Below, piece after piece: positions 39,701 through 50,660 of a DNA stretch of 64,000 nt. The stretch covers positions 49,724,001-49,788,000 of the forward strand of contig CAIIXF020000001.1 of assembly GCA_903813345.2 (NCBI GenBank). Direction: 5' to 3'. How positions within the stretch are numbered: position 1 is the stretch's first letter; each line of letters starts with the position of its first letter. A program made the position numbers and the translations under genes. Source of the stretch: Owenia fusiformis (Eukaryota). A model generated the notes under the pieces. The model was not told the DNA's origin, did not search any database, and was given only the letters and a program-made list of their open reading frames with translations.

Positions 39701-42700
39701 AATGTATAGCTTTTTGAAAATGCCTGCATAAAAAGTTCACAACTTTGCTTCGTGAAATATTCTAAGTCCATGAAAGGAATATTGCCAATGTAAAGCTTTT
39801 TGAAAATACATGCCTTAAAAGTTATCAAGTATATATCGTAAAATATTCTAAGTCCAAGAATGTAAAGGAAAATGGCCAATGTAAAGCTGAAAATGCATGC
39901 CATAAAATTTCACCTCGTTAGATCGTAAAATAATCTAAGTCCAAGAATGTAAAGGAATATAGCCAATGTAAAGCTTTTTGAAAATGCATTCTGTAAAATT
40001 TCACCTCGTTAGATCGTAAAATATTCTAAGTCTAAGAATGTAAAGGAATATGGCCAATGTAAAGCTTTTTGAAAATGCATGCCATAAAATTCACTTCTAT
40101 ATATGATAAAATAATCTTAGTCCAAGAATGTAAAGGAAAATGACCAATGTAAAGCTTTTTGAAAATGCATGCCATAAAATTTCACTTCTATAGATCGTAA
40201 AATAATCTTAAGTCCAAGAATGTAAAGGAAAATGGCCATTGTAAAGCTTTTTGAAAATGCCTGCATAAAAAGTTCACAACTTTGCTTCGTGAAATATTCT
40301 AAGTCCAAGAATGTAAAGGAATATGGCCAATGTAAAGCTTTTTGAAAATGCATGCTGTAAAAGTTCACCTCTTCAGATCGTAAAGTATTGTAAGTCTAAG
40401 AATGTAAGGGAAAATGGCCAATGTAAAGCTTTTTGAAAATGCATGCCATAAATTACACTTCTATATATCATAAAATATTCTAAGTCCAAGAATGTAAAGG
40501 AATATGGCCAATGTAAAGCTTTTTGAAAATGCCTGCATAAAAAGTTCACAACTTTGCTTCGTGAAATATTCTAAGTCCAAGAATGTAAAGGAATATGGCC
40601 AATGTAAAGCTTTTTGAAAATGCATATATAAAAGTTCACCTCTTCAGATCGTAAAATATTCTAAGTCTATGAATGTAAGGGAAAATGGCCAATGTAAAGC
40701 TTTTTGAAAATGCATGCCATAAATTACACTTCTATATATCATAAAATATTCTAAGTCCAAGAATGTAAAGGAATATGGCCAATGTAAAGCTTTTTGAAAA
40801 TGCCTGCATTAAAAGTTCACAACTTTCAATCGTAAAATAATCAAAGTCCAAGAATGTAATGGAATATCGCCAATGTAAAGCTTTTTGAAAATACATGCCT
40901 TAAAAGTTTAAAAGTTCAGTAAGTGGGATGTTTTTAAATTTCTCAACTCGTCATTGTAAAGAAAAAAAGCTTTACTTAAAAATGACATAAATTTTTGTCC
41001 CTAAATCTTGACACTGATGGCTGAATAGTACCTCCCAACTATTGAGTGAACTGTGAAAGTTTGGATGAGATATCCACTTGCTATCCAAGTTTGTTACAAA
41101 CACATCAATAGTCGAATGATTTCAACGGCTTTGTATAAAAAACCTCCTACCTCATACCCACCTACCCAAGTACGTGGGACATGATACAGTCTTTGAAGGG
41201 TTCAATTTTAAAGATCTTAGTTTATAAAATCTTAATTTATAGAATTATAGATGCATTTGTAACGACCCTTAATAGCAAGTTGCTACTACATCCCAGCTGG
41301 GTTCGATTCCCACTCAGGGCATCGAATTTAGCACACTTTCTTTCAACTTCCTTATCTGGCTTGTTGGACCTATGCTCACGGTCGTTACTTATCTATTCCC
41401 CTGGGGCGCCCTCGGGTCATTACACATTAAAATGCATCCAGATGCCTTTATTTATGGATCTGTCATCTGTCTAGTCATAAAATAAAGCCGGAATTGTAGA
41501 AATGTTAATAATTTGAGCTATTTTGAGATTTAATAATCTTTAAAACTGAACCCTTCTATGACTGTATCATGTTCCATGTAGGTGGGTAGGTGGGTATGAG
41601 GTAGGAGGTTTTTTATACAAAGCCGATTTCAACAACAAATAGATCTACAGTTGGGGACAAAAATAAATGACAGGTCGATTTTCGATCACCATTTCCTAAT
41701 TATGGTGGTCTGAAAGCCCATAATTTCCAATATTGTCTAGATACATATCCCTTAAAATTTGTTTATTTTACATTTTGTATAATCTCATCCACTGATTTAT
41801 GGCCTCTTGTAAATTCTCTTATTTTTAACATGGGAAATCCTCACTTCAGCAAATCCACCACATGCTGCAAGACTTACGCCTGCCACAACCGTCACCATGT
41901 TAATAAGTGTTTTTAAGTAGCGCAAGGATCCTGCCATGACCGTGGTAGTGTTATTGTGTAAGCCTGGTATAACCGTGACAGGCTGGTATAACCGTGACAA
42001 TGCTGTATTATATTGCAAGGCCTGTCATGACCCTGGAAGTGTTATCGTGGAAGCCTGGCGCGACCGTAGCCCTTATTGTGGTTTATAAGCGAATGTGAAT
42101 ATTAATGAATAGTAGTAATTTTTATTTTGACATGATTAAGGTTGTTAAACACCATGATCATAGTATTAAACTGTTTAGTTGAAATGCGGATCACATAAAA
42201 TTGTTAAGTATATTCCTGGCATTATGTCATACATATTTACTAGTCATTGCAATACATTATAACGGTCATAGTAGGACTAAGCCTAAATTTCTACATTACC
42301 ACCCTCAGTCATACCTGGCCTTGCAATACTATATTACATTGTCACGGTCATACCAGGCTTTGCGATCCCATAATACATTGCCACGGTCATGCCAGGTTTT
42401 CAAAAACACATTGTCATGGTCATTTATAGCAAATCATGAATTTCTATATTACCACTCTCATACCCGAACTTTGAATATTATATCACATTGCCACGGCGGT
42501 CATACCAAGCCTTGCAATACTATATTACATTGTCACGGCCACGTCAGGCCTTGCAGTACTATATTACATTGCCACGGTCATGCCAGGCTTTGCAATACAC
42601 ATTGTCACGGTTATAGCAGTCCTAATCGTAAATTTCTACATTACCACTCTCATACCTGAACTTGCAATACTATATTACATTGTCACGGTCATGCCAGCGC

Positions 42701-43228
42701 CTTGCAGTACTATATTACATTGTCACGGTCATACCGAGCCTTGTAGAACTATATTACATTATCACGGTCATGGCAGGCATTGCAATATAATACAGCATCG
42801 TCGCGGTTATACCAGGCTTTCACGATAACATTACCACGGTCATGGCAGGATCCTTGCGCTACTTAAAAAACACTGAATAACACGGTGACGGTTACGCCAG
42901 GCGTTAGTCTTGCAACAGATACGGTCTCAAATCCACCTGTCATTTATTTATGTCCCCAACTGTACATGTACATGTATGAGTCTTATATTCCAACTGTGAT
43001 AAAATATTGTAAATCCAATTATTTAATAGACGATATACTGAAGGATTATGCCAATTTTCAATTTCGATTAAAATATCAATTGGGATGGTACCTGACAATC
43101 TGTTTTTTATAAGAAACTGACCATGGCAACCACATGTAAACAAATAACGTGACTGTTTCAATTACTGTTCTCGGCGTAATTCAGTAAATTTATACGCTTA
43201 AAACTTACCTGAGAACAGGTGGCTTCAT
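18481..43228 (-). CDS. CARD-domain + APPBP2-like TPR protein, ~839 aa: complement(join(18481-18752,19149-19321,19569-19580,24013-24190,24422-24620,25058-25163,25614-25738,26067-27501,43209-43228)); alternative first exon 28076-28095
   Basis: All introns GT-AG and phase-consistent (2520 nt total). N-terminal LRVNRVALIQEL...IIKYLIQNDVL...KTRIMIDILPTK...FRQAL is CARD-like. The remainder is collinear by eye with APPBP2 (e.g. YGTNHPLYVKALLTY vs FGSKHPKYSDTLLDY; YDNLIELL vs YRGLIKLY). Confidence 0.85.
19149..19321 (-). CDS. CARD-APPBP2-like exon (TPR)
   Basis: DEEGEVLMKQGLQMLQICTSPQSNYQLIMKGTLGTFYKQKDCPLEAINLLTQVVNSV|gtaag. Confidence 0.88.
19569..19580 (-). CDS. 12-nt frame-preserving microexon (adds DEER)
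   Basis: Minus strand: ctctctgttttacag|GGATGAAGAGAG|gtaagt; phase 2-2. Confidence 0.7.
22085..22289. mobile_element. MITE with CAGTGATCTCCCCAG TIR and 5-bp TSD (hAT5-like)
   Basis: 15-bp perfect TIR; GATGA on both sides. Confidence 0.7.
22590..22650 (+). pseudogene. tRNA-derived (Thr-TGT-like) SINE head / pseudo-tRNA
   Basis: GGCTCCGTAGCTCAAGTGGTATAGAGCACC...TGTAATC; A-box present, B-box decayed. Confidence 0.55.
23700..23852 (+). repeat. 22-bp tandem repeat (GTTACAAATTGTGCATTGTRTG), ~7 units
   Basis: Direct reading. Confidence 0.9.
24013..24190 (-). CDS. CARD-APPBP2-like exon (TPR)
   Basis: ARGLQCKAELVEQAERHGLLLEAESLARQAQNLISSHYGDISIKSAQAYILQGTVKTKMG; AG/GT bounded. Confidence 0.9.
24422..24620 (-). 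CDS. CARD-APPBP2-like exon (TPR)
   Basis: EALSISEKLYQGSSVFTAHCHRVLATAL...VLPASHLAIFKQTL|gtgag. Confidence 0.9.
25058..25163 (-). CDS. CARD-APPBP2-like exon (TPR)
   Basis: SMYGTNHPLYVKALLTYCHFSNEFRQDNFGVEVAQ; AG/GT bounded. Confidence 0.88.
25614..25738 (-). CDS. CARD-APPBP2-like exon (TPR)
   Basis: EVEEDNEETIMNTLFNATQAYCAKWNTKKAEELAIHTVQQAK; AG/GT bounded. Confidence 0.88.
26067..27501 (-). CDS. CARD-APPBP2-like large exon: CARD (~27455-27175), disordered linker, APPBP2-like N-terminal helices
   Basis: Lies within the 514-aa ORF; tttcag acceptor at 27502-27504, gtaagt donor at 26066; in-exon ATG at 27482. Confidence 0.92.
28076..28095 (-). CDS. Candidate proximal first coding exon (MRIIFPR)
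   Basis: In-frame TAA directly before ATG AGA ATA ATC TTC CCC CG|gtgagt; phase 2 fits the 27501 exon. Confidence 0.45.
28400..29062 (+). repeat. ~91-bp satellite, left arm part 1 (~7 units)
   Basis: AAAGCTTTACATTGGCCATATTCCTTTACATTCTTGGACTTAG... period 90-91 bp. Confidence 0.95.
29063..34087. mobile_element. 5-kb element with ~750-850-bp internally repetitive TIRs nested in the satellite (Mutator/Merlin-like, non-autonomous)
   Basis: GGCTTATGGGCCATGTAAACCAGCA ... TGCTGGTTTACATGGCCCATAAGCC; 8-bp TSD GAACTTTT; arms contain tandem GGTCCCCAGTCCCCAGTTCCCAGTTTGAGAT units. Confidence 0.85.
34088..38100 (+). repeat. ~91-bp satellite, left arm part 2 (~44 units, several monomer variants)
   Basis: Direct reading. 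Confidence 0.97.
38910..40905 (-). repeat. ~91-bp satellite, right arm (inverted, ~22 units)
   Basis: Reverse complement of the left-arm monomer. Confidence 0.97.
41127..41624. mobile_element. Mutator-like MITE with long TIRs and a tRNA B-box in the loop
   Basis: GGCTTTGTATAAAAAACCTCCTACCTCATACCC TIR; 9-bp TSD GATTTCAAC; GGTTCGATTCCC near 41299-41311. Confidence 0.85.
41860..42928. mobile_element. Mutator/foldback-like MITE with ~39-bp internal tandem repeats
   Basis: TGCAAGACT(T/A)ACGCCTG...GCGCAAGGATCCTGCCATGACCGTGGT inverted pair; AAATCCACC direct repeat at both flanks; 39-bp TGCAATACTATATTACATTGTCACGGTCAT units. Confidence 0.75.
43209..43228 (-). CDS. Candidate distal first coding exon (MKPPVLS)
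   Basis: aaacATG AAG CCA CCT GTT CTC AG|gtaagt; phase 2 fits; next to promoter-like region. Confidence 0.6.
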
Positions 43229-43229
43229 G

Positions 43230-43470
43230 TTTGTACGTTTGGTCACGCGCATACTACTCAGTTAACAAGGAGACATCACATACAAATCCTTAAACACGAG
43301 TCAACCGAATTTCAACAAATTTTGTTGGAAAATCTAATATTACCCAGATTGCAACACCGGAAGTGCAAGTGCTTGTTTTGTCTCGTTTTCAAATCGAAAA
43401 TAAAATATCTTGAAGTTGTGCAATTTTCATACTTACCGAATAATAGTGCAACAAGACAAGAACGAGGGTA
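43230..43470. promoter_or_regulatory. Putative bidirectional promoter
   Basis: ETS/GABP-type ACCGGAAGTG at ~43356 between a minus-strand donor (43208) and a plus-strand donor GAGG|GTAAGA (43468). Confidence 0.45.
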
Positions 43471-44139
43471 AGAGCATATATTACCATTATAGTTGTTATA
43501 ATTCAGAGACCTTTAATGATAGTTTAAGCTTACAACCTCACTACTTGAACCTCTAGCCTAGATCTTCTAGTCAGATTCTAAATCCATTCCAATCCTTGAA
43601 ATCGTCAGTTCACTTTTCGACAGTCAAATGAATGCTTTACACGAGTCTCTAGCCAGTACATGAAACTTAGCTGAAAGCTTAAAAGCCTTAGATCAAAATT
43701 TCCTCTCAGTCACGGATTGTGACTTTTATCACTATATGAGCTTATTATATTCATCAGGTTGGCTACTATGCATGTGTTGCATATGCGTCACACGATCTGA
43801 TAGATCCAAATGCGTATGTTTTAAGTCCTCCCTTACCTGAGGTGCCGTTGTGAATCAGCCAAACATGACTGTGAATGCAGTATTCTCAGGAAGAAAAATT
43901 GAATCTAAAATATTTCCAGCGCTTTCAATGGGTTATTTAAAATTGGGAAGCTAGACCCACATTATCCCGTCCCATAGTCCTGGAACGGGATAAGACCCAC
44001 AGTGTTTATAAAATTGGGGTCCTGGCTCCGAAAAGTGGGTCCAAGCAATTTCAAAGGTAAACTAACAAGTTACACCACAATACTATATATACTACATGTT
44101 TTAGAAGATTTATTAACAAAAACAGCCATATAACTCTAG

Positions 44140-45131
44140 ACATATCAAATTGTACTGTCAAGAAGAAGATTGCTCAAGGTTATGTGTTCAATGCTCTCAG
44201 AAAGACATCGGAGCATTTGGTTCACAGTCTTGTGACGTGTATGCAGGGCTGTCAACTTGGGACCACCTAATATGAGTGACTTCAAAATGTTGGACACCTA
44301 AGTCCAAATCTGAACACTTTTGTCCAAATTTTGAACACCTTTGGCCAACTTTTAAACACCTTTGGCCAAAGTTTGAGCACCTTTACCAAACTTTGATCAC
44401 CTCAAATTTTTCGCCCTCGCTACGCTCGCGATGTCGCCAACGGGGGGGGGGGGGGGGGAGGGGGGGGGGGTAGGTACGAAAATTTCCAATGAACATGCGT
44501 GACATATACGGGATTCGCGTGACAAATCCGAACAAATTGCGTTCGGTTTTTTTTCCGACGTTCGTATTTTTACCGTATCGTAAACGTATTTCGAAAAATT
44601 TTCTACAGAAATATTTTTGCTTGACAATTACCAGGTAAAATGCGTATTTGCGTGACATTTTCTGTCACGCAAAAAAAACTGGCGTGACTTCAAATTCTTC
44701 AGCAAATGCGTGACAAATACGCAAATTGCGGGACAGTTGACAGGCCTGTGTATGTCACCAGGAAGTCTGCGCCTGAATCCTTTTGCAATGCGATCAAATC
44801 CACATATGCATTGAGAGGCATACAATGCTTTGTCAAAAAATATACAGATTTCATTAAAAATGTCAAGGAATCATTAAGCTGGTGATTTTGAGCCACGAAC
44901 CTCGCCTCAAGTTTTTCCCTGACTGCTGCCACGCCGGAGTAGGACCATCGTTGTGCCTAGTGAGACTTCTCCTTTGATAGTCTTTGTTACAACCTCTCAC
45001 AAATACAGTCTTTTTATTTGTTAAAATACACACAGTGCATTTCATTCCAACATCGGACAAATAAGCGAACTACTGGAATTCATCCAGCCATTTCGGCAAA
45101 AAACTCGTTGACGCTGCCCGGCTCCCGCCAT
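44140..45131 (-). pseudogene. Decayed hAT transposase (ZNF862-like: TTF zinc finger + DUF4371-like), interrupted by a MITE
   Basis: MAGAGQRQRVFLPKWLDEFQ*FAYLSDVGMKCTVC...DYQRRSLTRH; frameshift; FLMKSVYFLTKHCMPLNAYVDLIALQ...TYT//RHKTVNQMLRCLSESIE resumes after the insertion. Confidence 0.75.
44244..44748. mobile_element. MITE with CAG...CTG termini and 6-bp TSD (hAT6-like)
   Basis: CAGGGCTGTCAACT ... AGTTGACAGGCCTG; TGTATG at 44238-44243 and 44749-44754; internal 22-bp repeats and G-run. Confidence 0.78.
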
Positions 45132-48100
45132 TTTTAAATAGCTAAGTTACAACATCAAAATTTTTTTTTTGAATTTCAACAAATTTGCACCTATTCAAGT
45201 ATACCAAATGTAAGATATTTAGATAAATGAAAAGCATTTGATTTTGTAATAAATCGCCCGGCCCTCTCTCTTAACAACAAAACGTGGTAGCGTGGCTAGG
45301 GCCGGGAATATTACGAAACTAAATTTTGACTTGGTCTTATCAAATTATTTGCTTGGTCATTAATGGGAAATTTGGAATAATATGATACGGGAAGGTGCTG
45401 ACACCGTTAAATAACAAACTGAACTGAAATAGTGCAAACTGTGGGAGGGGGTGATTGCAATGTGATGATATAAATGGAATCTCTAACACAACTTGCACCT
45501 AAGTATTCTCAACAGATCACAATGTTAATAATGATATAAATTTGAATATATAGAATATAATGTATGAAATGGTATATTTACAAAGGAATATTTACATAAT
45601 CAGAGTCACGAAGTTCGAACGAATAAGAAACTGTTAACTCTCAACAGGAACGATCTTATTATTGAACTTACTCTTGATTAAGAATCTCACCAATCTCACT
45701 AACTATCTCATTCCCAACATTTAACTCCACTTACATGACAAAAGTTCTCTATGCATAGTATGACCTGAACTAATCAACACTGCGGTGACCATGAGCACCT
45801 TAAAATAATGGAACACTCAAAAAAGCAGAAATTCATGGAAATCCATTGATACACACTGATCGCTGAGCCAAATAACAAAGGATATTCCTTTCCAAGCCTG
45901 ACAGAAATCTACTTGAATATTCAAGACTAAAGTTGGAAAGTAATAAAAAATGGGTTTAAACTGAAACAACCTTATCCCTCGAAATGCATCAAGGTTCCGA
46001 GATCTCAAAACCACGAGGTTGAGAACTTAAGGAACTGAGACAATGAGATTTCAGTTATAAACTAGAAACAAAAAGTAACTCATATAATTGAGAAGTTTTA
46101 GCCTTTTGGTAACCGACTAAAAAGCGGCTCCCCAGAATCCTGAACAATAACCCAAGATTCCTTTAGAATAAAACGCCATGGTTGCCAGACTGAAATCTAC
46201 ATTATATCCTAGTCCTGTTTATAATCCTAAAATGTCCATCCATAATTCTGGTTTTCAAGTTCATTTCCCTACTCAAACAATTCATTAGGTTTCTCCTTTG
46301 TTTGTCCCATATTCACTTATCAGTCTCGAATTCAACTCTAGCAATTCAATTTCTCCTATGTTTCTCCCATGTTCACTTTCTCAGTTTCATTCTAGCAATC
46401 CAGGACCTTTCTCCCATGTTTCTCACACGCTCACTATTCCAGCCTCAAAACTACATTCTGTCCTTAACACTAAAATATACCACTTGCTTTATAAAATATA
46501 ACAATCAGCTAGAGCTAACACCATTGGTCAATGCATTGAATACTTATCCCCCTAACTTAACTCTTATTGGCTAAGCTCCTTTCTCTTTAAAACACTTTTA
46601 GGACTGATGGTCCTTGTAAAATCACATTATAAACAAAATAACATTTGAAACAAGTTATTTAAAAGATAATGCACAAACTCAATATAAAATAAAATGAATA
46701 GACAAATAAAAGTAGAAAGTAATGATGCCAGGATCATTACAATTTGAAATGGATCCACAGGGGTGGTATACGCTACAAGCATAATATTAGCAATAAAAGT
46801 GACCATATTTATTACGAGATTAACATCCCAACCAAAGTATGCAGGCTTCTTTATCATTCTTATGACATGGTAATATGACCAAAAGTCAGTAGCACCTATC
46901 TCATATATTTCATACATCATTATTGCCTTGGGTTTTCAAAATTGGAGATAAAATGCTTCCTGTACATATACTCCAAGAAAAATCTTATTTTGCACTGTTC
47001 ATGTATGATTTAAGAAATGTCTCAAAAATAAAAACATGATTATCTGCATACTTGATAATTTAATATAAAATGGAATTCATCATAATTATGGCAATAATGA
47101 AAGTGAACATTCTCCCACAAATTATATTTTTCTAGAATGTTTTCTTGAATAATTACCTACAGTGCACCATTCAAAGAGAATATTTTGATACCTTTTATTC
47201 TATTTTTGTCTACTTTTAAATGAGATTAAACATGTTTTATGCTTTAATCATATTCAAAATTGATTTTTCTTCAAGACTAAACTAACACATATACATTTAC
47301 CTAAAACTCTTTGAAATATTATCGATAAAGAGGAAGCATGGCACTGCTCATTTTGAAGTTCTCATGTTTATAACACAGAGTTGCATACCCTTGTTTAAAA
47401 ACTTAAGGAAATTCTACAATGTTCCACAAAAAATTACAAAATCCTAAAATGCTGTATAAAAAATTACAGAATCATTAAATGTTGCAAAAAGTGACAAAAT
47501 ACTAAAATGTTGCATGAAAAAAATAACAAAATCCTCCTCACAAAAAATCCCAGGGAGAGCAATTTTTGAATAATCGTAAAATCGTATGGATCCAAATGTT
47601 AATAATCTTGAATTGCTGACATCTGCTTTAGCTGCTATAGTGAACATGATAACAAATTGATCTACAGTAGAATCTACAAGTAGATGTTGGCAGAAGAAAA
47701 TATCAAATTACATACATAGTATATGCCCTAACCCTATGTTTTGCTTGAAAGCCAATTTTCAAATTTGCTGCTGGTTTCAAAATGGCCGCCATTTTAACGT
47801 TAATTTTACAGTATTTTAGTTGCAACATATGATGTAATAATATTAATATCTTGTTTTAAATGCAAAAGATCATATAGGATATGGATCATATTTGGCTTAT
47901 AGGTGGCCATTTCCAAAAATGGCAACCATGGCTGTTGTTTTGATTTGCTGCACCTTGGCATTGCCGTTATCTAGTTAATTTTTTATAATAGATCAGAACT
48001 AGCTTACAACATGATTCTTAGAGAAGCTTTTGTTTGTTTTGCCTTTGATTGAAAGAAGCTTTTAGAAAAAAGAAATAGAAGTGTGCAAAATTCCTGTGTC

Positions 48101-48452
48101 ACAGTCAGGTGCATTTTGCCAAAATTAGATTTCCCACCACATATTAAAAACCTGGAAATTGGGACATCTGAATGTCAACATTTTTTAAAGTTCCATTTCA
48201 GAATATACCTGGACAGAGTTTACTTTGGTTTATTAATCATCATGCAAACTTTCTTGTTATTCATAGATGTCTCTTCATCCCTATTTGTTGATATATAGTA
48301 GACATGATATTTACACATTTTATACTCGCACTTAACAACACTTAACAATTGTAACACAAAATCTTTCTCTAATCTATGGAATTGATCAAGAAAAGGTCCT
48401 ATCATTTCATCCATTCAATTGATGATTTTATGTTACATAAATTTTTAAAGCA

Positions 48453-49733
48453 TTTTTTTGAGGTCTCCTCTGCCGAAGGCAGCGCAAAGTAGGAGCGTAG
48501 CGACTACTTTGCGGGAGACCTCGAACCATTGATTACGTTTGCTCCTGTAATTATTCACTTCTTCACCTCTTTAACCTTTACCATGCTGCCTTATTTCAGC
48601 AAATATATCCCACGCAACTGGCTTATTTTTCAAAGAGTGCAAAAAATGATATACCTGGACTAAATAATTAATATCTCAATAACTACTGAATGAATCTGGA
48701 TAAAATTTTCACAAAGGGAAGATACAGTGGCCTGGCTCATGAAAAAAAATGTTCTCATGGATTTTTTCGTACATTAACACGACTGGGCATAAATATACCA
48801 TGAATACTCCTCCGGAATCCGCCGCTCCGCCTCTTCGTCTGGTCAGAATCCAAATCTGAATTTGCAGCGATCGAATGTTCAATTTTTCAATTCAGAAAAT
48901 ATTCTAGTTTCTATTTTCGATGACCGTTATCGGCTTCCAAGAGCCTAAAGAGCTCGAAATCGTAATCTATTTCCTCCACATTTTCGTTGTGATCGTATTT
49001 GTCCACCATTTTGTACGATTCGTTCACTAAAAACAACTAAAACACTGTTCAAATTGTTGAATTGAGAATTATTTTTCGAAATATCGCCATTTCTAGGTCA
49101 ACAGGAAGTCATGTTAGGCACTGAATAAATCGGGCAATCTAATTGGACAATACGAATGGCGCGAAAAAGTAAAGTTTTTAAAAGTTTGAAATCGGGCGTA
49201 CGGGTCCGCCGGCAGTTGTGAGAGACATTTTAGTTTCGGCGGACGAGTCCGCCGGCAGCACGCTAAAGGTTAAAATCAGATTTCAATCAGTTGATCAAAT
49301 TTTCGGACTTTGACCTCAAATTCAAATATTAATATTTATAGAAAAAATACTGACTCCTTATTATATTTTTAAAAGTCTTTCAAATAAAGTGAAATGAAGC
49401 CAAAATCAGCTAAAATTATGCAATGTCGTAAAATGGCGTGACTGGAATATGATGCAATCACCCGTGACGTTAGACACGTATTGCCACATCAACAACTAAA
49501 CAAATAATTAATATAGACTTCACTGATTGGTTTAAAGATTCTTCGCATCATTTATGACGTCATAAACATGTTACCCAACCAACAACTAAACAAATAACAA
49601 ATAGGAATATAGGTTTGTTCAGTGCCACACTCTTGAATCAATTATAAACAGGGATAATCAACAGATATATGAGAGGGTCAGGCATTTTTTGACTTGAGAC
49701 CTCGACTCAAGGACTTTGCTGCATTTTCTTGTT
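48453..49733 (+). mobile_element. HINE-like element family C
   Basis: T-run; subTIR GAGGTCTC / GAGACCTC with internal IR; ends ...TTCTTGTT. Confidence 0.55.
48575..49269. mobile_element. piggyBac-like non-autonomous element nested in the HINE
   Basis: TTAA|CCTTTACCATGCTGCC ... GGCAGCACGCTAAAGG|TTAA. Confidence 0.75.
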
Positions 49734-50528
49734 CAAATCTGTGATGTCACGATGATACGCTGTGATGTCACCGAGGTGGCAATTTTTTTTAATTTCTCAG
49801 TATTTTTTTCTCGTATAAATGTTTTCTTAATATGCTAAATTAATAAGATTATGCAATATCATCAGCCTATCTAGGTTGAAAATATTTATATACCATCAAA
49901 ATCAATTCTTTGAATCACTTTTCTGCGTTTACGAGTTCATTAATTCCTTATTTTTGACCAATTTTCTTAATTTTTGGACACATAATAGCTAAGGGTTTTT
50001 TAATTCTTTCATATATAGGCACTTATGGAATTTATCTGATGGAGGTATTTTTATTTAGAGTGTGGGGGGTATTTTCTTTTAAGGACAAGTACAGAGAGAG
50101 TGGAATGGGGGTATTTCCCTTTCAAGATGACTCTAGTACATGTTCCGATGCCTGTGAGTTTGATTTTTCTATGCACCCCTAGAGAACACGGAATGTGATT
50201 TTTGGACTTGTAACTTGTAATTTACAAGTCCTTAGTTAGCTTGTATTTTTTTGGATATGCTTGATAAGTTTTACTTATAAGTCGTTTGAACTTGTACCAA
50301 TTATTTTGAATCTTTGGGTTTGTAAGTTAGCATTCACTGTTCTTTGATTTGATGAATAACAAAATTGACCAACTTCTGTCTAGCCTGAGGAAATAACTAT
50401 TACCCTCTAAATGTAGGTGAATCTCTCTTTTGAGGTTACCAACTACACATACACACTTGTATGCTTTCTTGTATTTCTAGAAAGAGAGACAAGAGAGATC
50501 TACCAAGCAATAATTGCAAAGTTTATAG

Positions 50529-50660
50529 ATGGCAGCCTTCGCTGGATCAGCTGGGGCCTGTGGTACCTCTAGACATATGGGCTCAGACAATTCTGAGTTC
50601 ATGAAGATGAGACAAAAAGATGCGAAAAAAAGAGCAGAGAAGAAAGAATCGAAAATCAAG
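50529..50660 (+). CDS. Candidate first coding exon of an unidentified gene (exon 50481-50660; MAAFAGSAGACGTSRHMGSDNSEFMKMRQKDAKKRAEKKESKIK)
   Basis: ttgtatttctag acceptor, in-frame TAG just before ATG, 44 open codons, AAG|gtagga donor. Confidence 0.55.

Larger units (their letters stand above)
28287..41019. mobile_element. Giant foldback-type element (~12.7 kb) with TIRs built from a ~91-bp satellite
   Basis: Unique terminal IR TGTCAAGATTTAGGGACAAAAATTTATGTCA at 28293 and its reverse complement ending 41013; 8-bp direct repeat GCTGAATA at 28279-28286 and 41020-41027; satellite arms in opposite orientation. Confidence 0.85.

Noticed and set aside
34088..40905. Many short ORFs (HFQKALHWPYSFTFLDL...)
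   Set aside because: Translations of the 91-bp satellite; period not divisible by 3 and frequent stops.
42201..42828. His/Cys-rich ORFs (HCHGH repeats) resembling a metal-binding protein
   Set aside because: In-frame translation of the 39-bp repeat inside a TIR element.
46627..46920. 97-aa hydrophobic minus-strand ORF
   Set aside because: No recognisable motif or supporting exon chain; hydrophobicity expected from T-rich DNA.
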